Below are positions 53,447 to 64,000 of a stretch of 64,000 nt of DNA, one piece after another (the stretch's first letter is position 1; each line of letters opens with the position of its first letter). The position numbers were made by a program, and so were the translations under genes. The notes beneath the pieces are model-generated. The model was not told the origin of the DNA and did no database searches. It was given only the letters and a program-made list of their open reading frames with translations. Source of the DNA: Promethearchaeota archaeon (GTDB taxonomy: Archaea; Asgardarchaeota; Lokiarchaeia; Sigyniarchaeales; SOKP01); the NCBI GenBank assembly GCA_004524535.1, contig SDNY01000003.1:1-64000 (forward strand). The letters are read 5' to 3'.

Positions 53447-53479
53447 TGAAAAACATAAAATCTTTCCAAACCATTTTAA
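53447..53479. repeat. 33-bp direct repeat copy 2
   Basis: 32/33 identical to 51313-51345. Confidence 0.85.
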
Positions 53480-53494
53480 AAAAAAAGGTTAAAA

Positions 53495-54679
53495 TTAAGG
53501 CATACAAAAATCTGGATTTGCTTTTCTCCTTGATTTTTTATAATCCCTAGTATATTTTCGTTTAATTTTTGGATCCATTTTATCAAATTCCTCTTGTGCC
53601 TTATCTGGAGGAAATACTACAATCTCTCCATCTTCTCTTTGAATAACACAACCCGAATTAGTAAGAAGCCTATAATTTTCTGCAGTTTCTTTCGGGTCTC
53701 CCCAACAAATTAAAGCACAGTTTCCGCAAGTAAGTTGTATAACACCTTTAGTAGATTTTCTATCCTCTGCGATGGCTAATTGATCCTCAGAAAATTTACC
53801 TGAAAATGAACTAGGTACATATCCCTTAGAACTGTCTTTGATCATGGGCCGCTTAGAATGGGAGACCATAGCAGTAGGCATAAGTTTTTGTACTTCTGCA
53901 TCATTTTCTGGATATTCAAATCGCCCCGGTGACCAAGTGGACCACTTTCCAGTTTTATCTAACCCATTAAAACCAGCACATGTGAGAACACATCGAAGTT
54001 TATTGATTCTTTTTCCATAACTAAAAGTTTTACCACCTAGAGTAACTTCTGATGCTTCATCTTCCGAGAACATTCGAAAAGCGCATACTTGAACACATAA
54101 TTTACATTTTGTGCAAAATTCTTCTTCGGGTGGGATTGGATCAGTTGGTTGAAGCTTTGCTGAAGTAACTGTGGCGCCAATAATTATTGTAGTACCATAC
54201 CCCTTAATTCCTACATTTCCAGACCAGCCAAATGACGCAACACCAGATCTCACGCATACATAACGGATTGAAAGCTCTGGAGGAAGAATCGCCTTCCATC
54301 CGGGCATATCCTCTCTGTATTTATTATTAGCAACCAATCCTTTCGCTTTGTATCCCTTTTTTTTAAGCAATTCTGCTAATTCCATGGACATTTTAGTTAC
54401 TTTTACATTCACTTTGATGTTATCTTTTTCATGTTCTGCACGCGCTTCTGGATGAGCTTTGGAGAGAAAGGGTCGAATTAAGCTTCTATCTAATGGAACC
54501 GCCCAGCAAATCGCAGATTCTGCTTCTGGTAAAAGGTATTTAATATTTGCTCCTTCTGGTCCCCCAGCAAGAGTCTCAAGAGTTGCGAATCCAACTCTGA
54601 TTGCACCACGATCAAGTAACCATTTTGTAATTTCTTCTTCTAATCCTGCTTCAGTCTCTTTTCCTGTTGTTATTGTAAT
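53495..54679 (-). CDS. Epoxyqueuosine reductase (QueG)/reductive-dehalogenase-like Fe-S protein (probable ATT start)
   Basis: Frame extends about 89 codons above the ORF-track start (RGAIRVGFATLETLAGGP…YLLPEAESAI); SGVASFGWSG, CTKCKLCVQVC, TCGNCALIC; GGTGA 6 nt before ATT. Confidence 0.85.
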   Translation of the reverse strand: MTITTGKETEAGLEEEITKWLLDRGAIRVGFATLETLAGGPEGANIKYLLPEAESAICWAVPLDRSLIRPFLSKAHPEARAEHEKDNIKVNVKVTKMSMELAELLKKKGYKAKGLVANNKYREDMPGWKAILPPELSIRYVCVRSGVASFGWSGNVGIKGYGTTIIIGATVTSAKLQPTDPIPPEEEFCTKCKLCVQVCAFRMFSEDEASEVTLGGKTFSYGKRINKLRCVLTCAGFNGLDKTGKWSTWSPGRFEYPENDAEVQKLMPTAMVSHSKRPMIKDSSKGYVPSSFSGKFSEDQLAIAEDRKSTKGVIQLTCGNCALICWGDPKETAENYRLLTNSGCVIQREDGEIVVFPPDKAQEEFDKMDPKIKRKYTRDYKKSRRKANPDFCMP

Positions 54680-54870
54680 TATAATTCACCATTTTTAAAT
54701 TAATTAAATTATAATATGTATAAATTAATTTTTTAAGTATTTATAACTTGTCACTATTGATAACCAATAAATGATATTTATTGTATATGCAATAAAAATA
54801 TTAAATGCCTCAAATTTTAAACTCGTGTGTAACTGTTTTTAATGAAAAAATATAATGATAGAAATAACTA

Positions 54871-56130
54871 TTGGAGATGATCAATAAAATGAAGAGCAGA
54901 GAGCGTGTTCTTGCGGCTATTAACCATAAAGAACCGGATAGAGTCCCTATAGATATTGGAGCTACTTTGCAGACAGGCATACATGCTATTGCCTATACCA
55001 AGCTAAAAGAACATTTAGGTATAAAAGGAGGTCATACGCGCATTCATGATGTTGGTCAACAGCTTGCAGAAATCGAAGATGAGATGTTAGACTACTTTAA
55101 AGCAGATTGCTTGGATGTTGGAAGGGTATTCACAGATTCGGATGAGGAATGGTATGATGTAGAAGTTAATGGAATTCAAGCGCAGTTTCCTAGAACATTT
55201 AAACCGCGTTTCAATCCTGATGGATCTGTGGATGTATGTCGTCATGATGGTAAAGTTGTAGCAAGAATGTCTGCAGCTGCATTGGTGATTGACCAAGTTT
55301 ATTATCCAATTGAAGATGATTATCCTGATAATTCTCAATTATTATTATCCATTCTTATGAAAAATGCAATAACTATGATCCCTCCACCCTTCAACCATTT
55401 GGGAGAAAGAGGGTTCTGGCGTAATTTAAAGAGAAGAGCTATTGAATTAAAGAATAATAGCGAAAGAGCATTAATGTTAATGGGAGGTATAAGTTTTTTT
55501 CAATTTATGACGGCTTATAAAAAGATGGATAAAGTTCTAGTAGATATAATAAGGTATACCAATAAAGTTGACAAATTTTTAGATATTTTAATGGAATTTC
55601 AGCTTGCTTCGCTCTCTCTGACTTCTAAGTATCTTGGAGATACGATAGATATTATAGTGTTTGGGGACGATTACGGGGAAAACAATGGTCCTATTTTTAG
55701 TCCAAGACTTTTTAAGAAATTATTTAAGCCTCGAATTGAAGCTGCTTGCGATTATGTAAAAAAACATACGAAATGGAAGATATTCTTCCATTCTTGCGGA
55801 GCAATTGCTCCAATTATTCCTGATTTGATCGAAATTGGGATCGATATTTTAAATCCCGTCCAAATAAACGCTAAAGGTATGAACCCAAAATTCTTAAAGG
55901 AGGAATTTGGAGATGATATTACTTTCTGGGGAGGGGGAGCCGATACACGTCATGTCTTAAATTTTAAATCACCCCCAGAAGTTAAAGAACATGTAACCAA
56001 TCTACTTGAGATCTTTGCTCCTGGAGGAGGTTATGTATGGAATACCGTTCATAATATTTTGCCAGATGTCCCACCTGAAAATATTGTAGCAGCTCTCGAA
56101 GCCGTTCATGAATATAATGAAAAAAATTAG
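54871..56130 (+). CDS. UroD/MtaA family methyltransferase-like protein
   Basis: SRERVLAAINHKEPDRVPID, GDDYG, FFHSCG, LNPVQ, FWGGG, VHNI; start may be ATG at 54889. Confidence 0.9.
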   Translation: MEMINKMKSRERVLAAINHKEPDRVPIDIGATLQTGIHAIAYTKLKEHLGIKGGHTRIHDVGQQLAEIEDEMLDYFKADCLDVGRVFTDSDEEWYDVEVNGIQAQFPRTFKPRFNPDGSVDVCRHDGKVVARMSAAALVIDQVYYPIEDDYPDNSQLLLSILMKNAITMIPPPFNHLGERGFWRNLKRRAIELKNNSERALMLMGGISFFQFMTAYKKMDKVLVDIIRYTNKVDKFLDILMEFQLASLSLTSKYLGDTIDIIVFGDDYGENNGPIFSPRLFKKLFKPRIEAACDYVKKHTKWKIFFHSCGAIAPIIPDLIEIGIDILNPVQINAKGMNPKFLKEEFGDDITFWGGGADTRHVLNFKSPPEVKEHVTNLLEIFAPGGGYVWNTVHNILPDVPPENIVAALEAVHEYNEKN

Positions 56131-56183
56131 CTTTATTTACTCAAATCATATAATTCTAATGGAGAGAATTAAATTTTTCATAC

Positions 56184-57257
56184 TTAATCAAATAGTCCCT
56201 TTACAAATTCCCCAATTTTCTCTATAGCTTCTTTTGCTTCAGGAAGATCATAAAGACCATAGTTTTGCCAGACATGAGGCATATCATCCCATTCTTGTAG
56301 CGTGGCATCAACACCTGCTGCTTTAGCCAATTCCACTAATCTAGTCGAATGGTCGTAAACCATTTCACTTGTGCTTACTTGTACTAATATTGGAGGAAAT
56401 CCGGTAAAGTCAGCAAATATTGGGCATACAAGAGGATCATTAGGATTAGCTCCATCAAGATATGCGGGAATCCACCAAAAAACGCCTACATCTGCCATTA
56501 CACAATCTGTAGGAGCATTCTCTAGTATGGTTTTACTGTTTGTAGTATAATCAATACCCGGAGAGAGAACTATTGCACCTCTAGGCATAGTTATACCCTC
56601 CTCTTTAATTTTAAGAAGTGTTACGAGAGTCATATTTCCACCTGCTGAAGCTCCACCAACAATTATATTTTCTGGTTTATATCCTTGGGAAAGAAGCCAT
56701 TTATAAGATGTTAAGCAATCATTTGGCCCCTCAGGAAATGGATGTTCTGGAGCAAGAGCATAATCCACGCTTAATACTTTTAAATTTGCAGCTTTTCCAA
56801 TCTCAACGGAATAAGGACGACTAGAAGCCGGAGATCCTAGTACATGTCCTCCCCCATGGAAAAATAATAGAACTTTATCCTCATCAACACCCTCAGAGAT
56901 TTCCCATTCTGCGGGTACTCCCCCAGCATCAATACTTTCAATTTTTACATCTGGAGATAATGGATGCTGTTCCTGGAGAATTTTCCCTTTATATTCCATA
57001 GCACCGCGAAAAACTTTTGCTAACTGTTTCATTTGGTCTCTATTTATAAGATCATAAAGATCCTCTATTTTACCTTCTCCAGATTCGAGTATTTGATAGA
57101 ATCGTTTATTTCCCTCTGAAATGATAAGGAGCATATTAATAATGTCAATCCCTTCCTTTTCCGCTATCTCGAGTGCTCCTTTTGTTACTATTTTTTGACT
57201 CTTTTGCTGGAGTTTCTTTACATCTGGTCTTAATAATCGTTTATTCAATACCGGCAT
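56184..57257 (-). CDS. Alpha/beta hydrolase (HSL/GDXG esterase)
   Basis: FHGGG, DYALAPEHPFP, GASAGG, MPHVW. Confidence 0.93.
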   Translation of the reverse strand: MPVLNKRLLRPDVKKLQQKSQKIVTKGALEIAEKEGIDIINMLLIISEGNKRFYQILESGEGKIEDLYDLINRDQMKQLAKVFRGAMEYKGKILQEQHPLSPDVKIESIDAGGVPAEWEISEGVDEDKVLLFFHGGGHVLGSPASSRPYSVEIGKAANLKVLSVDYALAPEHPFPEGPNDCLTSYKWLLSQGYKPENIIVGGASAGGNMTLVTLLKIKEEGITMPRGAIVLSPGIDYTTNSKTILENAPTDCVMADVGVFWWIPAYLDGANPNDPLVCPIFADFTGFPPILVQVSTSEMVYDHSTRLVELAKAAGVDATLQEWDDMPHVWQNYGLYDLPEAKEAIEKIGEFVKGLFD

Positions 57258-57421
57258 AAATATAATTAAAAACGCTTCTCTATATAATTTTATTATTTAA
57301 CTATAAACTCAAATTTTTTATATTTTCTTTATTATCTGCATTCCATGGGGCTTCATTTTTTTTATATCTCTGAAAGGTAAAAGATTTTTATGCAATAAAA
57401 TCAATGTTATTTTGTTTGAAA

Positions 57422-59071
57422 ATGAATATTCTAATAAAAAATGGACTTATAGTTGATGGAACAGGAACACCAAAATATAAAGCAGATGTTCTTGTTAAAG
57501 GGGATACAATCGTTAAAATTGGCTCTAATCTCACCACAGATAACGCGAAACTTATTGACGCCTCGAATAAAATTGTTTCCCCAGGATTTATAGACATCCA
57601 TAACCACGCTGATTTAAATATTGTCGATGCGAACAAAGCAGAATCTTTTGTTATGCAAGGAATGACAACTTTATTAGTTAGCGTGTGTGGTCTAGGAATT
57701 GCCCCTGCCAATGATTTCCTCATTAAATTTTATAAAGAGTTTATTTCGAGAGCAATGGGAGTGTCTCCTACGATCTACAGGGACTTTCAGGAAATGAGGA
57801 GAGCCTTAGAGGAGATGGGGATTTCTCTCAATTTGGCCTTTATGGTCCCCCATATAAATATAAGAACTTGCGTAATGGGAGCAGACATGCGCCAAGCAAC
57901 CCAAGAAGAACTGTCACAAATGAAGCAGATAGTTAGAGAAGGGATGGAATTTGGGGCATTTGGATTGTCTACTGGCTTAGACTATCCCCCAGGATCCACT
58001 ACAGATACAGAAGAATTTATAGAACTTTCCAAGGTGGTAAGTGAATATGATGGAATTTATAATTCTCATTTGAGAAATAATGGTGCGAAGTTTATTGAAA
58101 TTGGAATGAAGGAAATCATTCGTATAGCCCAAGAAGCTAATGTTAGGGCTCATATTTCACATTGGATGACTTTAAGCCAATATAATACCGAAGAATTAGT
58201 TAAAGAAGCCATTCAATTATTAGAAGATACACGAGACAGAGGAATAGAGATTACTGCTGATGTAGTACCTTATGATGATGGCGTTACCAGTCTTCCATTT
58301 GTATTATTAAACACTTGGGTATTCGAAAACTTCATAGAAAATTTGTCCAATCCCGAAACCAGAAGCCAAATTAAAAAGGAAGTATGGGAGAGATTATCGT
58401 CCGCCTTTTTAGCTGATGCCCCTTTAATTGTCCGATTAATCCCTAAATTTTTGTTGAAACGACTCGCCTATCCTAAGATCGCAAAAAGCGTAAAACTTCT
58501 TCACGTTAAAAATAATCGCCAGTTTCTCGGAAAAACTATGCATGAAACGCTCACTAAGCTTTACCCTGGGAAAAAATTGGAAGATTCTATGTTGGATTTT
58601 ATTCGAGACGAAGAGGGAGGAGTTTTAATCATCCATATGATGAAAGACGAGCGAAAGAGCGTAATTCCTTTTTATAAACAACCGTTTTCTTGTGCGAGCT
58701 CAGATGCTAATCTAAATATAGGTGGAAATAGCCATCCTCGTGCTTATGGTGCCTTTCCTAGAATTATTTCGAGATGGGTGCGAGAAATGAAAATTATATC
58801 ATTGGAAGAGGCCATAAGAAAGATGACATCTCTCCCAGCGTCGATTCTCCAAATCAAAGATAGAGGCGTAATTAAGGAAGGATATAAAGCAGATCTTGTT
58901 ATATTTAATTATAACTTCATTAAAGAAATGGGTACAATTGAAAATGGAAATCAATTTCCCGAAGGAATTGAGTATGTGATTGTTAATGGGGAAATCACAT
59001 GCGAACACGGTAAGCACACGGGAGCTTTAAAAGGCAAGGTGTTGAGACACTCTATTCCAAAAGCTGAATAG
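57422..59071 (+). CDS. D-aminoacylase / amidohydrolase 3 family
   Basis: PGFIDIHNHAD, STGLDYPPG, HPRAYGAFPR, EEAIRKMTSLPA. Confidence 0.93.
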   Translation: MNILIKNGLIVDGTGTPKYKADVLVKGDTIVKIGSNLTTDNAKLIDASNKIVSPGFIDIHNHADLNIVDANKAESFVMQGMTTLLVSVCGLGIAPANDFLIKFYKEFISRAMGVSPTIYRDFQEMRRALEEMGISLNLAFMVPHINIRTCVMGADMRQATQEELSQMKQIVREGMEFGAFGLSTGLDYPPGSTTDTEEFIELSKVVSEYDGIYNSHLRNNGAKFIEIGMKEIIRIAQEANVRAHISHWMTLSQYNTEELVKEAIQLLEDTRDRGIEITADVVPYDDGVTSLPFVLLNTWVFENFIENLSNPETRSQIKKEVWERLSSAFLADAPLIVRLIPKFLLKRLAYPKIAKSVKLLHVKNNRQFLGKTMHETLTKLYPGKKLEDSMLDFIRDEEGGVLIIHMMKDERKSVIPFYKQPFSCASSDANLNIGGNSHPRAYGAFPRIISRWVREMKIISLEEAIRKMTSLPASILQIKDRGVIKEGYKADLVIFNYNFIKEMGTIENGNQFPEGIEYVIVNGEITCEHGKHTGALKGKVLRHSIPKAE

Positions 59072-59122
59072 CTGAAATGCTTTATAATTTTTTGCACTTG
59101 CATTTTTCCATAAAATAGAAAG

Positions 59123-61354
59123 TTAGGTTTCGTTAAGTTCTATGCTCTCTCCTACCAATTCAAAATTTCCAATTACTATGTTAATCTCTTCTTTTATGAA
59201 GCCTGGTTGACATCCTCCTACAGATAATTCAAATTTACCTGCCTCAACTGTCCTTTTCCCCTCTTCATTAATATATGAAACGCTCCTAGGATTTAATATA
59301 AATTCCACAGATATTTTTTTTCCTTTTTTAATAAAAACTCTCTTAAAATCTTTTAATTCTCGGATAGGTAAAATTATTGCAGGAGATTTATTGCTAAGAT
59401 ATAGTTGTACAACCTCATCCCCATCACCTTCACCAACATTTTCAATATCAACACTGATTGTTATATTACCGTCTGTTTTTGGATTGTCAGGAGATATCTG
59501 AAGATTACTATATTTAAATTTTGTATAACTTAAACCATAACCAAAGGGATATAAAGGATCACCCTTGAAATATCGATAGGTTCTTCCCTCGATATTATAA
59601 TCCTCAAAAGGAGGTAATTGATCCACTGATTTATAGAAGGTTACTGGAAGCCTACCAGCAGGATTATAATCTCCAAAAATAACATCAGCCACAGCAGTAC
59701 CCCCCTCCTCACCTGGATACCATACCTGAATGATAGCTGGGATATTTTCTTTCGCAAAATTTACTGATAAAGCACTACCACTGGTTAATACAAGTACGAT
59801 TGGCTTGCCAATTTTATGGATTTCTTCTAATAAATCCTCTTGTACACCAGGTAAGTTCATATGTAAACGATCTCCTCTTGCTTCAGATTCTACAGGCATA
59901 TTCAAAGAACCAGTTTCAAGATTAGGATTAACATTTTCAGGTACCTCTTCGCCTTCATATCTCGCTGATATACCAAGGACCATTATTATTACATCAGATT
60001 TTTCAGCAATCTCTTGTGCTTCTTTAAATCCATCTTTAGATTTATTGGTTAGAGCACAACCTTGAGTATAATGAACTTTAGTACTAGATGATACTTTATT
60101 TTGAACTCCTTGCAAGAATGTTGTATATTTAGAAGGTTGACCATTATAATTTCCAAGTAGTACAGACTTAACATCCGCATTTGGACCAATAACAGCAATG
60201 GATTTAATGTCCTTTTTTAAGGGAAGTGTATTTCTTTCATTTTTCAACAATACGATAGACTCCCTAGCTGTTTGTAAGGCCAATTGTCGATGTTCTTCAC
60301 AATCATTAATTTCAAAAGCAATTTGCTGGTATTTAACTATTTCAGGTGGATCAAACATTCCAAGTTTGAATCTAGCCATGAATAAGCGTTTAACGGATTT
60401 ATCTATTGTTTCTTCAGTAAGTACATTCATCTCTACAGCATCCTTCATCCACTGCCATAATTTTCTCTTTCTTCTCATGGTAGTCATCATCATATTACAG
60501 AATAAATCACAACCAGCATTAATAGCCATAGCAGCCGCTTCCCCAGGAGTTTCTACTAGTTTATGATCTTCAAAGATGTTTTGAATTGCTCCACAATCTG
60601 ATACAACATAACCGTCAAATCCCCATTTATCCCTCAAAATTTCTTGTAGTAAGGATTTACTCGCACAACAAGGTATACCATTGGTTTTATTATAAGCCCC
60701 CATTACCGAATATGCTTTCCCTTCTATAACGCATGCCTCAAAAGCTGGAAGATAAGATTCCCATAAATCCTTTTTATTGACTGCCGCATCAAATTCATGC
60801 CTTAGAGGTTCTGGACCACTATGTACAACATAATGTTTAGGAGTTGCAACCACTTTAAGATATTTGGGATCATCTCCTTGAAGGCCCTTTACAAAATTAA
60901 TACCCATTTGAGATGAAAGATAAGGATCTTCTCCATATGTTTCCTGTCCCCTCCCCCAACGTGGATCCCTAAAAAGATTAACGTTTGGAGACCAAAAGGT
61001 TAATCCTCCGAAAATTTTTCTTCTGTTATTTCTTAAAGCTTCGTGATGTTTAGCTCGAGCTTCATCTGATATTGCTGTGGCAACTCTAAACATTAACTCA
61101 ACGTTCCAACTAGCTGCTATTCCTATTGCTTGGGGAAATACCGTCGCAAAAGATTCAGCAGCAACCCCATGTAAACATTCATTCCACCAATTATACTTTG
61201 GGATGTTTAATCGCGTAATTTGAGGAGCATCATTAAACATTTGAGATATCTTTTCTTCAAGAGTCATTCTTGAAACAAGATCGTTTACCCGATCTTCAAA
61301 ATCTCTCGTGAAATCCATATATATGGGTTGTTCATTACTATTCTCTTGACTCAT
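59123..61354 (-). CDS. GH3 beta-xylosidase/beta-glucosidase with FnIII domain
   Basis: WWNECLHG, RDPRWGRGQETYGEDP, VVSDCGA, WYPGEEGG, YPFGYGLSYT. Confidence 0.96.
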   Translation of the reverse strand: MSQENSNEQPIYMDFTRDFEDRVNDLVSRMTLEEKISQMFNDAPQITRLNIPKYNWWNECLHGVAAESFATVFPQAIGIAASWNVELMFRVATAISDEARAKHHEALRNNRRKIFGGLTFWSPNVNLFRDPRWGRGQETYGEDPYLSSQMGINFVKGLQGDDPKYLKVVATPKHYVVHSGPEPLRHEFDAAVNKKDLWESYLPAFEACVIEGKAYSVMGAYNKTNGIPCCASKSLLQEILRDKWGFDGYVVSDCGAIQNIFEDHKLVETPGEAAAMAINAGCDLFCNMMMTTMRRKRKLWQWMKDAVEMNVLTEETIDKSVKRLFMARFKLGMFDPPEIVKYQQIAFEINDCEEHRQLALQTARESIVLLKNERNTLPLKKDIKSIAVIGPNADVKSVLLGNYNGQPSKYTTFLQGVQNKVSSSTKVHYTQGCALTNKSKDGFKEAQEIAEKSDVIIMVLGISARYEGEEVPENVNPNLETGSLNMPVESEARGDRLHMNLPGVQEDLLEEIHKIGKPIVLVLTSGSALSVNFAKENIPAIIQVWYPGEEGGTAVADVIFGDYNPAGRLPVTFYKSVDQLPPFEDYNIEGRTYRYFKGDPLYPFGYGLSYTKFKYSNLQISPDNPKTDGNITISVDIENVGEGDGDEVVQLYLSNKSPAIILPIRELKDFKRVFIKKGKKISVEFILNPRSVSYINEEGKRTVEAGKFELSVGGCQPGFIKEEINIVIGNFELVGESIELNET

Positions 61355-61441
61355 AATTTTTCACAGATAAAAGCTATTATATTATATTGAATCTTTTAAC
61401 TATTTAATCTCTTTTATACTAATAAATATTAGGGATGAATA

Positions 61442-63226
61442 ATGGGAAAAATTCTTAGAATAAATTTAGATAATAAAGATATTTCTTATGAAGAAATCCA
61501 AGCTGAGGATGAAGAAAAATTTTTGGGTGGTATGGGAGTTGCAACCTCTATACTTACGCGAGAAGTAGATCCAAAGATAAATCCTTTTGACGGAGAAAAC
61601 CTTCTTATTTTTTCTGTTGGTCCTTATTGTGGAACTGCTGTGCCTTATTGCGGAAGACATTTTGTAATAGCCAAATCGCCCCTCACAAAAATAATAGGGG
61701 AAGCTTCCTCAGGAGGTTTTTTTGGAAAAGAATTAAAATGTGCGGGATTTGATTTAGTTATAATTAAAGGGAAAAGCGAAGAACCCGTTTATTTATGCAT
61801 TAAAGATGGAGAAGCTGAGATTTTAAGTGCAAAAGACTTATGGGGATGTGGAACTCAAGAAACTACAGAAAAATTAAAGGAGCTTCAGGACGATGATAAA
61901 ATTAAGGTTGCCACTATAGGGATTGCGGGGGAAAATCTTGTGAATATCGCTTGTATTATTAACGATAACCATCATGCTGCTGGACGATGTGGATTAGGTG
62001 CTATCATGGGAAGCAAAAAGTTAAAAGCTATTGTTGTTAAAGGTACCGGAAAAGTCCAAGTTGATAATAAAGAAAAATTAAATGAAGCTGCAAAAGAGAT
62101 AAGAGAAATTATAAAAAACGACGCTTTAGCCATGGTTATGGCGGATTCTGGAACTCCAGTACATATTGACTCCATGTACAGCGTTGGAGATGTAATTATT
62201 AAGAATTATACAACAGGCCGATGGGTTGGAATAAAAAACCTTGGAGCGAAAGCGATTAATGCTCGTGGGGAAGTTAAAAAACATGGGTGCTTTAATTGTC
62301 CAACAGCTTGTAGAGGTTTTATTGAATATAATGGTGAATGGGTTTCTCGACCAGAATATGAAACCCTTGGAATGATAGGATCTAATCTCCTCGTTGATGA
62401 TTTAGAAACAGTTATAAAATGGAATTTGATAATAAACGACTTAGGATTAGATTCTATCTCTTTAGGGGCAGTTATAGCATGTTTTCTTGAATCAATTGAT
62501 CGAAAATTAATTGAATACGATATTCAGCAATTGGGGATTTCTGAAGATCAAATTTGGGGGGCCATTGAACCAATTGAAAAATTAATCAATATGATTGCAA
62601 ATCGCGAAGGAATCGGAGATGATCTTTCACAAGGTGTTCGAGCTTTCTGCGAAAAAAAGGGATTACCCGAGGAACTCTCAATGCATGGTAAAGGTCTTGA
62701 AGTCCCTGCTCATGAACCTCGAGCAAATAATTTAACCGCTTTAGATTACGCAACGACTCCAAGAGGTGCTTATCATTGTTATGAGCCGATGCATGTATCA
62801 TCTTATATGAATCTTAAGGAAGAAATCAATTTAACCGGAGGTATTTATCGTTTTAGTAGCGATAAGGATGTAGCAGAAATTGTAATTAAAGTTCAAAATG
62901 GTAGCGAAGCATATTCAGCGTGTGGGGGATGTATTTTTGGATATTGGTTTACAAATAAACTTACACCCTGGGTTAATGCTCTAAATGCTATAACAGGTAG
63001 GTCTTATTCAATTGAATCGTGGATTGAAGCAGGAGAAAGAATATTCAATATGAAGAGAAGTTACAACCTCAAATGTGGAACAACTAAAGACGACGACACC
63101 TATGGAACTCGTTTTTCAACTCCACTAGATAAAGGAGGCACTAGGAAGAATGTTCCACCGCTACAAGATTTGCTTAAAGATTATTATGAGCTCCGTAGAT
63201 GGGATAATGAGGGAAAACCTATTTAA
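61442..63226 (+). CDS. aor: Tungsten aldehyde:ferredoxin oxidoreductase family
   Basis: KSPLT, AAGRCGLGAIMGSKKLKAI, CFNCPTAC, PEYET, LGLDSIS. Confidence 0.93.
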   Translation: MGKILRINLDNKDISYEEIQAEDEEKFLGGMGVATSILTREVDPKINPFDGENLLIFSVGPYCGTAVPYCGRHFVIAKSPLTKIIGEASSGGFFGKELKCAGFDLVIIKGKSEEPVYLCIKDGEAEILSAKDLWGCGTQETTEKLKELQDDDKIKVATIGIAGENLVNIACIINDNHHAAGRCGLGAIMGSKKLKAIVVKGTGKVQVDNKEKLNEAAKEIREIIKNDALAMVMADSGTPVHIDSMYSVGDVIIKNYTTGRWVGIKNLGAKAINARGEVKKHGCFNCPTACRGFIEYNGEWVSRPEYETLGMIGSNLLVDDLETVIKWNLIINDLGLDSISLGAVIACFLESIDRKLIEYDIQQLGISEDQIWGAIEPIEKLINMIANREGIGDDLSQGVRAFCEKKGLPEELSMHGKGLEVPAHEPRANNLTALDYATTPRGAYHCYEPMHVSSYMNLKEEINLTGGIYRFSSDKDVAEIVIKVQNGSEAYSACGGCIFGYWFTNKLTPWVNALNAITGRSYSIESWIEAGERIFNMKRSYNLKCGTTKDDDTYGTRFSTPLDKGGTRKNVPPLQDLLKDYYELRRWDNEGKPI

Positions 63227-63286
63227 CGAGCGACTGTGATTTCCTTTAGCTATTTCCATGTTTACATTCATATTTGCAAATTGGGA

Positions 63287-63637
63287 TTAATGGTGTTGAA
63301 TTAACGCTATTCGGACTCCATTTGGATCTTCTAAGAAGGCAAGGGTCCCAACCGTTATTGGTATAGGTTCCATGGTGATTTTGGCACCTTTAGATTTGAG
63401 TTCTTTCACTGTGGTGTTTATATCTTCAACATCCATTCCCACCGAATACAAACCAGTTTCATATTCTGTATTTTTTATGAGCTCTATCATTGCATCCCCT
63501 TCCCCTTTTAATAATGTGATTTTTGTTCCAGGTTGGGGATTGTGTTGGCTATCTATTTCAAATCCCATAACTTTTGTGTAAAATTTAATTGACTCATCCA
63601 TATCCTTAACTATTATGGTAGCGTATTTAACTTTCAT
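63287..63637 (-). CDS. VOC/glyoxalase family protein
   Basis: [22 protein letters not shown]. Confidence 0.9.
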   Translation of the reverse strand: MKVKYATIIVKDMDESIKFYTKVMGFEIDSQHNPQPGTKITLLKGEGDAMIELIKNTEYETGLYSVGMDVEDINTTVKELKSKGAKITMEPIPITVGTLAFLEDPNGVRIALIQHH

Positions 63638-63871
63638 ATTTTATCACCATATAATATTTATTAACCAAGTTAATAATTCTTATTTTTTAAATATCTATTT
63701 TCACTTTTGTATTCTAAGAAATTTTTTAATATATGCATACCATGGGGCTTCATTCCTGAGGTTTTAAATACAAAAATCTTTATACAGATGATTTGGGATT
63801 CTTTATTTTATAAGCTATAAGTTCATAAATAACCCACTACAAAAGTATCATATAAAAAATACAAAGAGGGA

Positions 63872-64000
63872 TTGAATTTGTACGATGCGATAATAATTGG
63901 AGCGGGAATAGGTGGGTTAACTTGTGCTGCGAAACTCGCTACTAGAGGAAAGGAGGTATTATTATTAGAAAAAATCCATCATATCGGAGGCACCAGCCAC
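63872..64000 (+). CDS. NAD(P)/FAD-dependent oxidoreductase (phytoene desaturase-like), 5' part, runs off window
   Basis: YDAIIIGAGIGGLTCAAKLA…LLEK…IGG Rossmann motif. Confidence 0.85.
   Translation, partial: MNLYDAIIIGAGIGGLTCAAKLATRGKEVLLLEKIHHIGGTSH

Noticed and set aside
59892-59936. Possible in-frame 45-nt intron in GH3 (EGEE-VPENVNPNLETGSLN-MPVE; approximate coordinates)
   Set aside because: A CGAA/UUUG helix can be drawn, but the internal stem and exon helix are weak, there is no stop or frameshift, and excision would change conserved EGEE to EGED. More likely a protein loop

Overview
AT-rich archaeal DNA, most likely from an Asgard archaeon (Lokiarchaeia-like). This is inferred from TBP, a Rab-like GTPase, longin-like membrane proteins, a UBC/UEV-like fusion and GGTGA/GGAGG ribosome-binding sites. 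About 55 CDSs are present: an ABC operon with unusual fusions, katG, a 2-hydroxyacyl-CoA dehydratase cluster, lysX-lysZ-lysW, GH3/GH5, sulfatase, amidase, three UroD/MtaA-family genes, AOR and two toxin-antitoxin pairs. No rRNA, tRNA, CRISPR array or transposase was recognised. Main result: four short (31-34 nt) hairpin insertions interrupt two protein-coding genes, three in an FAD oxidoreductase (574-607, 467-498, 237-267) and one in the Walker B/D-loop of an ABC ATPase (12707-12740). Each sits in a bulge-helix-bulge (BHB) fold, and excision at the canonical tRNA-splicing-endonuclease cut sites restores the frame and family-like protein sequence. These are candidate mRNA introns; splicing itself is inferred, not shown. 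Several genes also appear to start at ATT/ATA codons.
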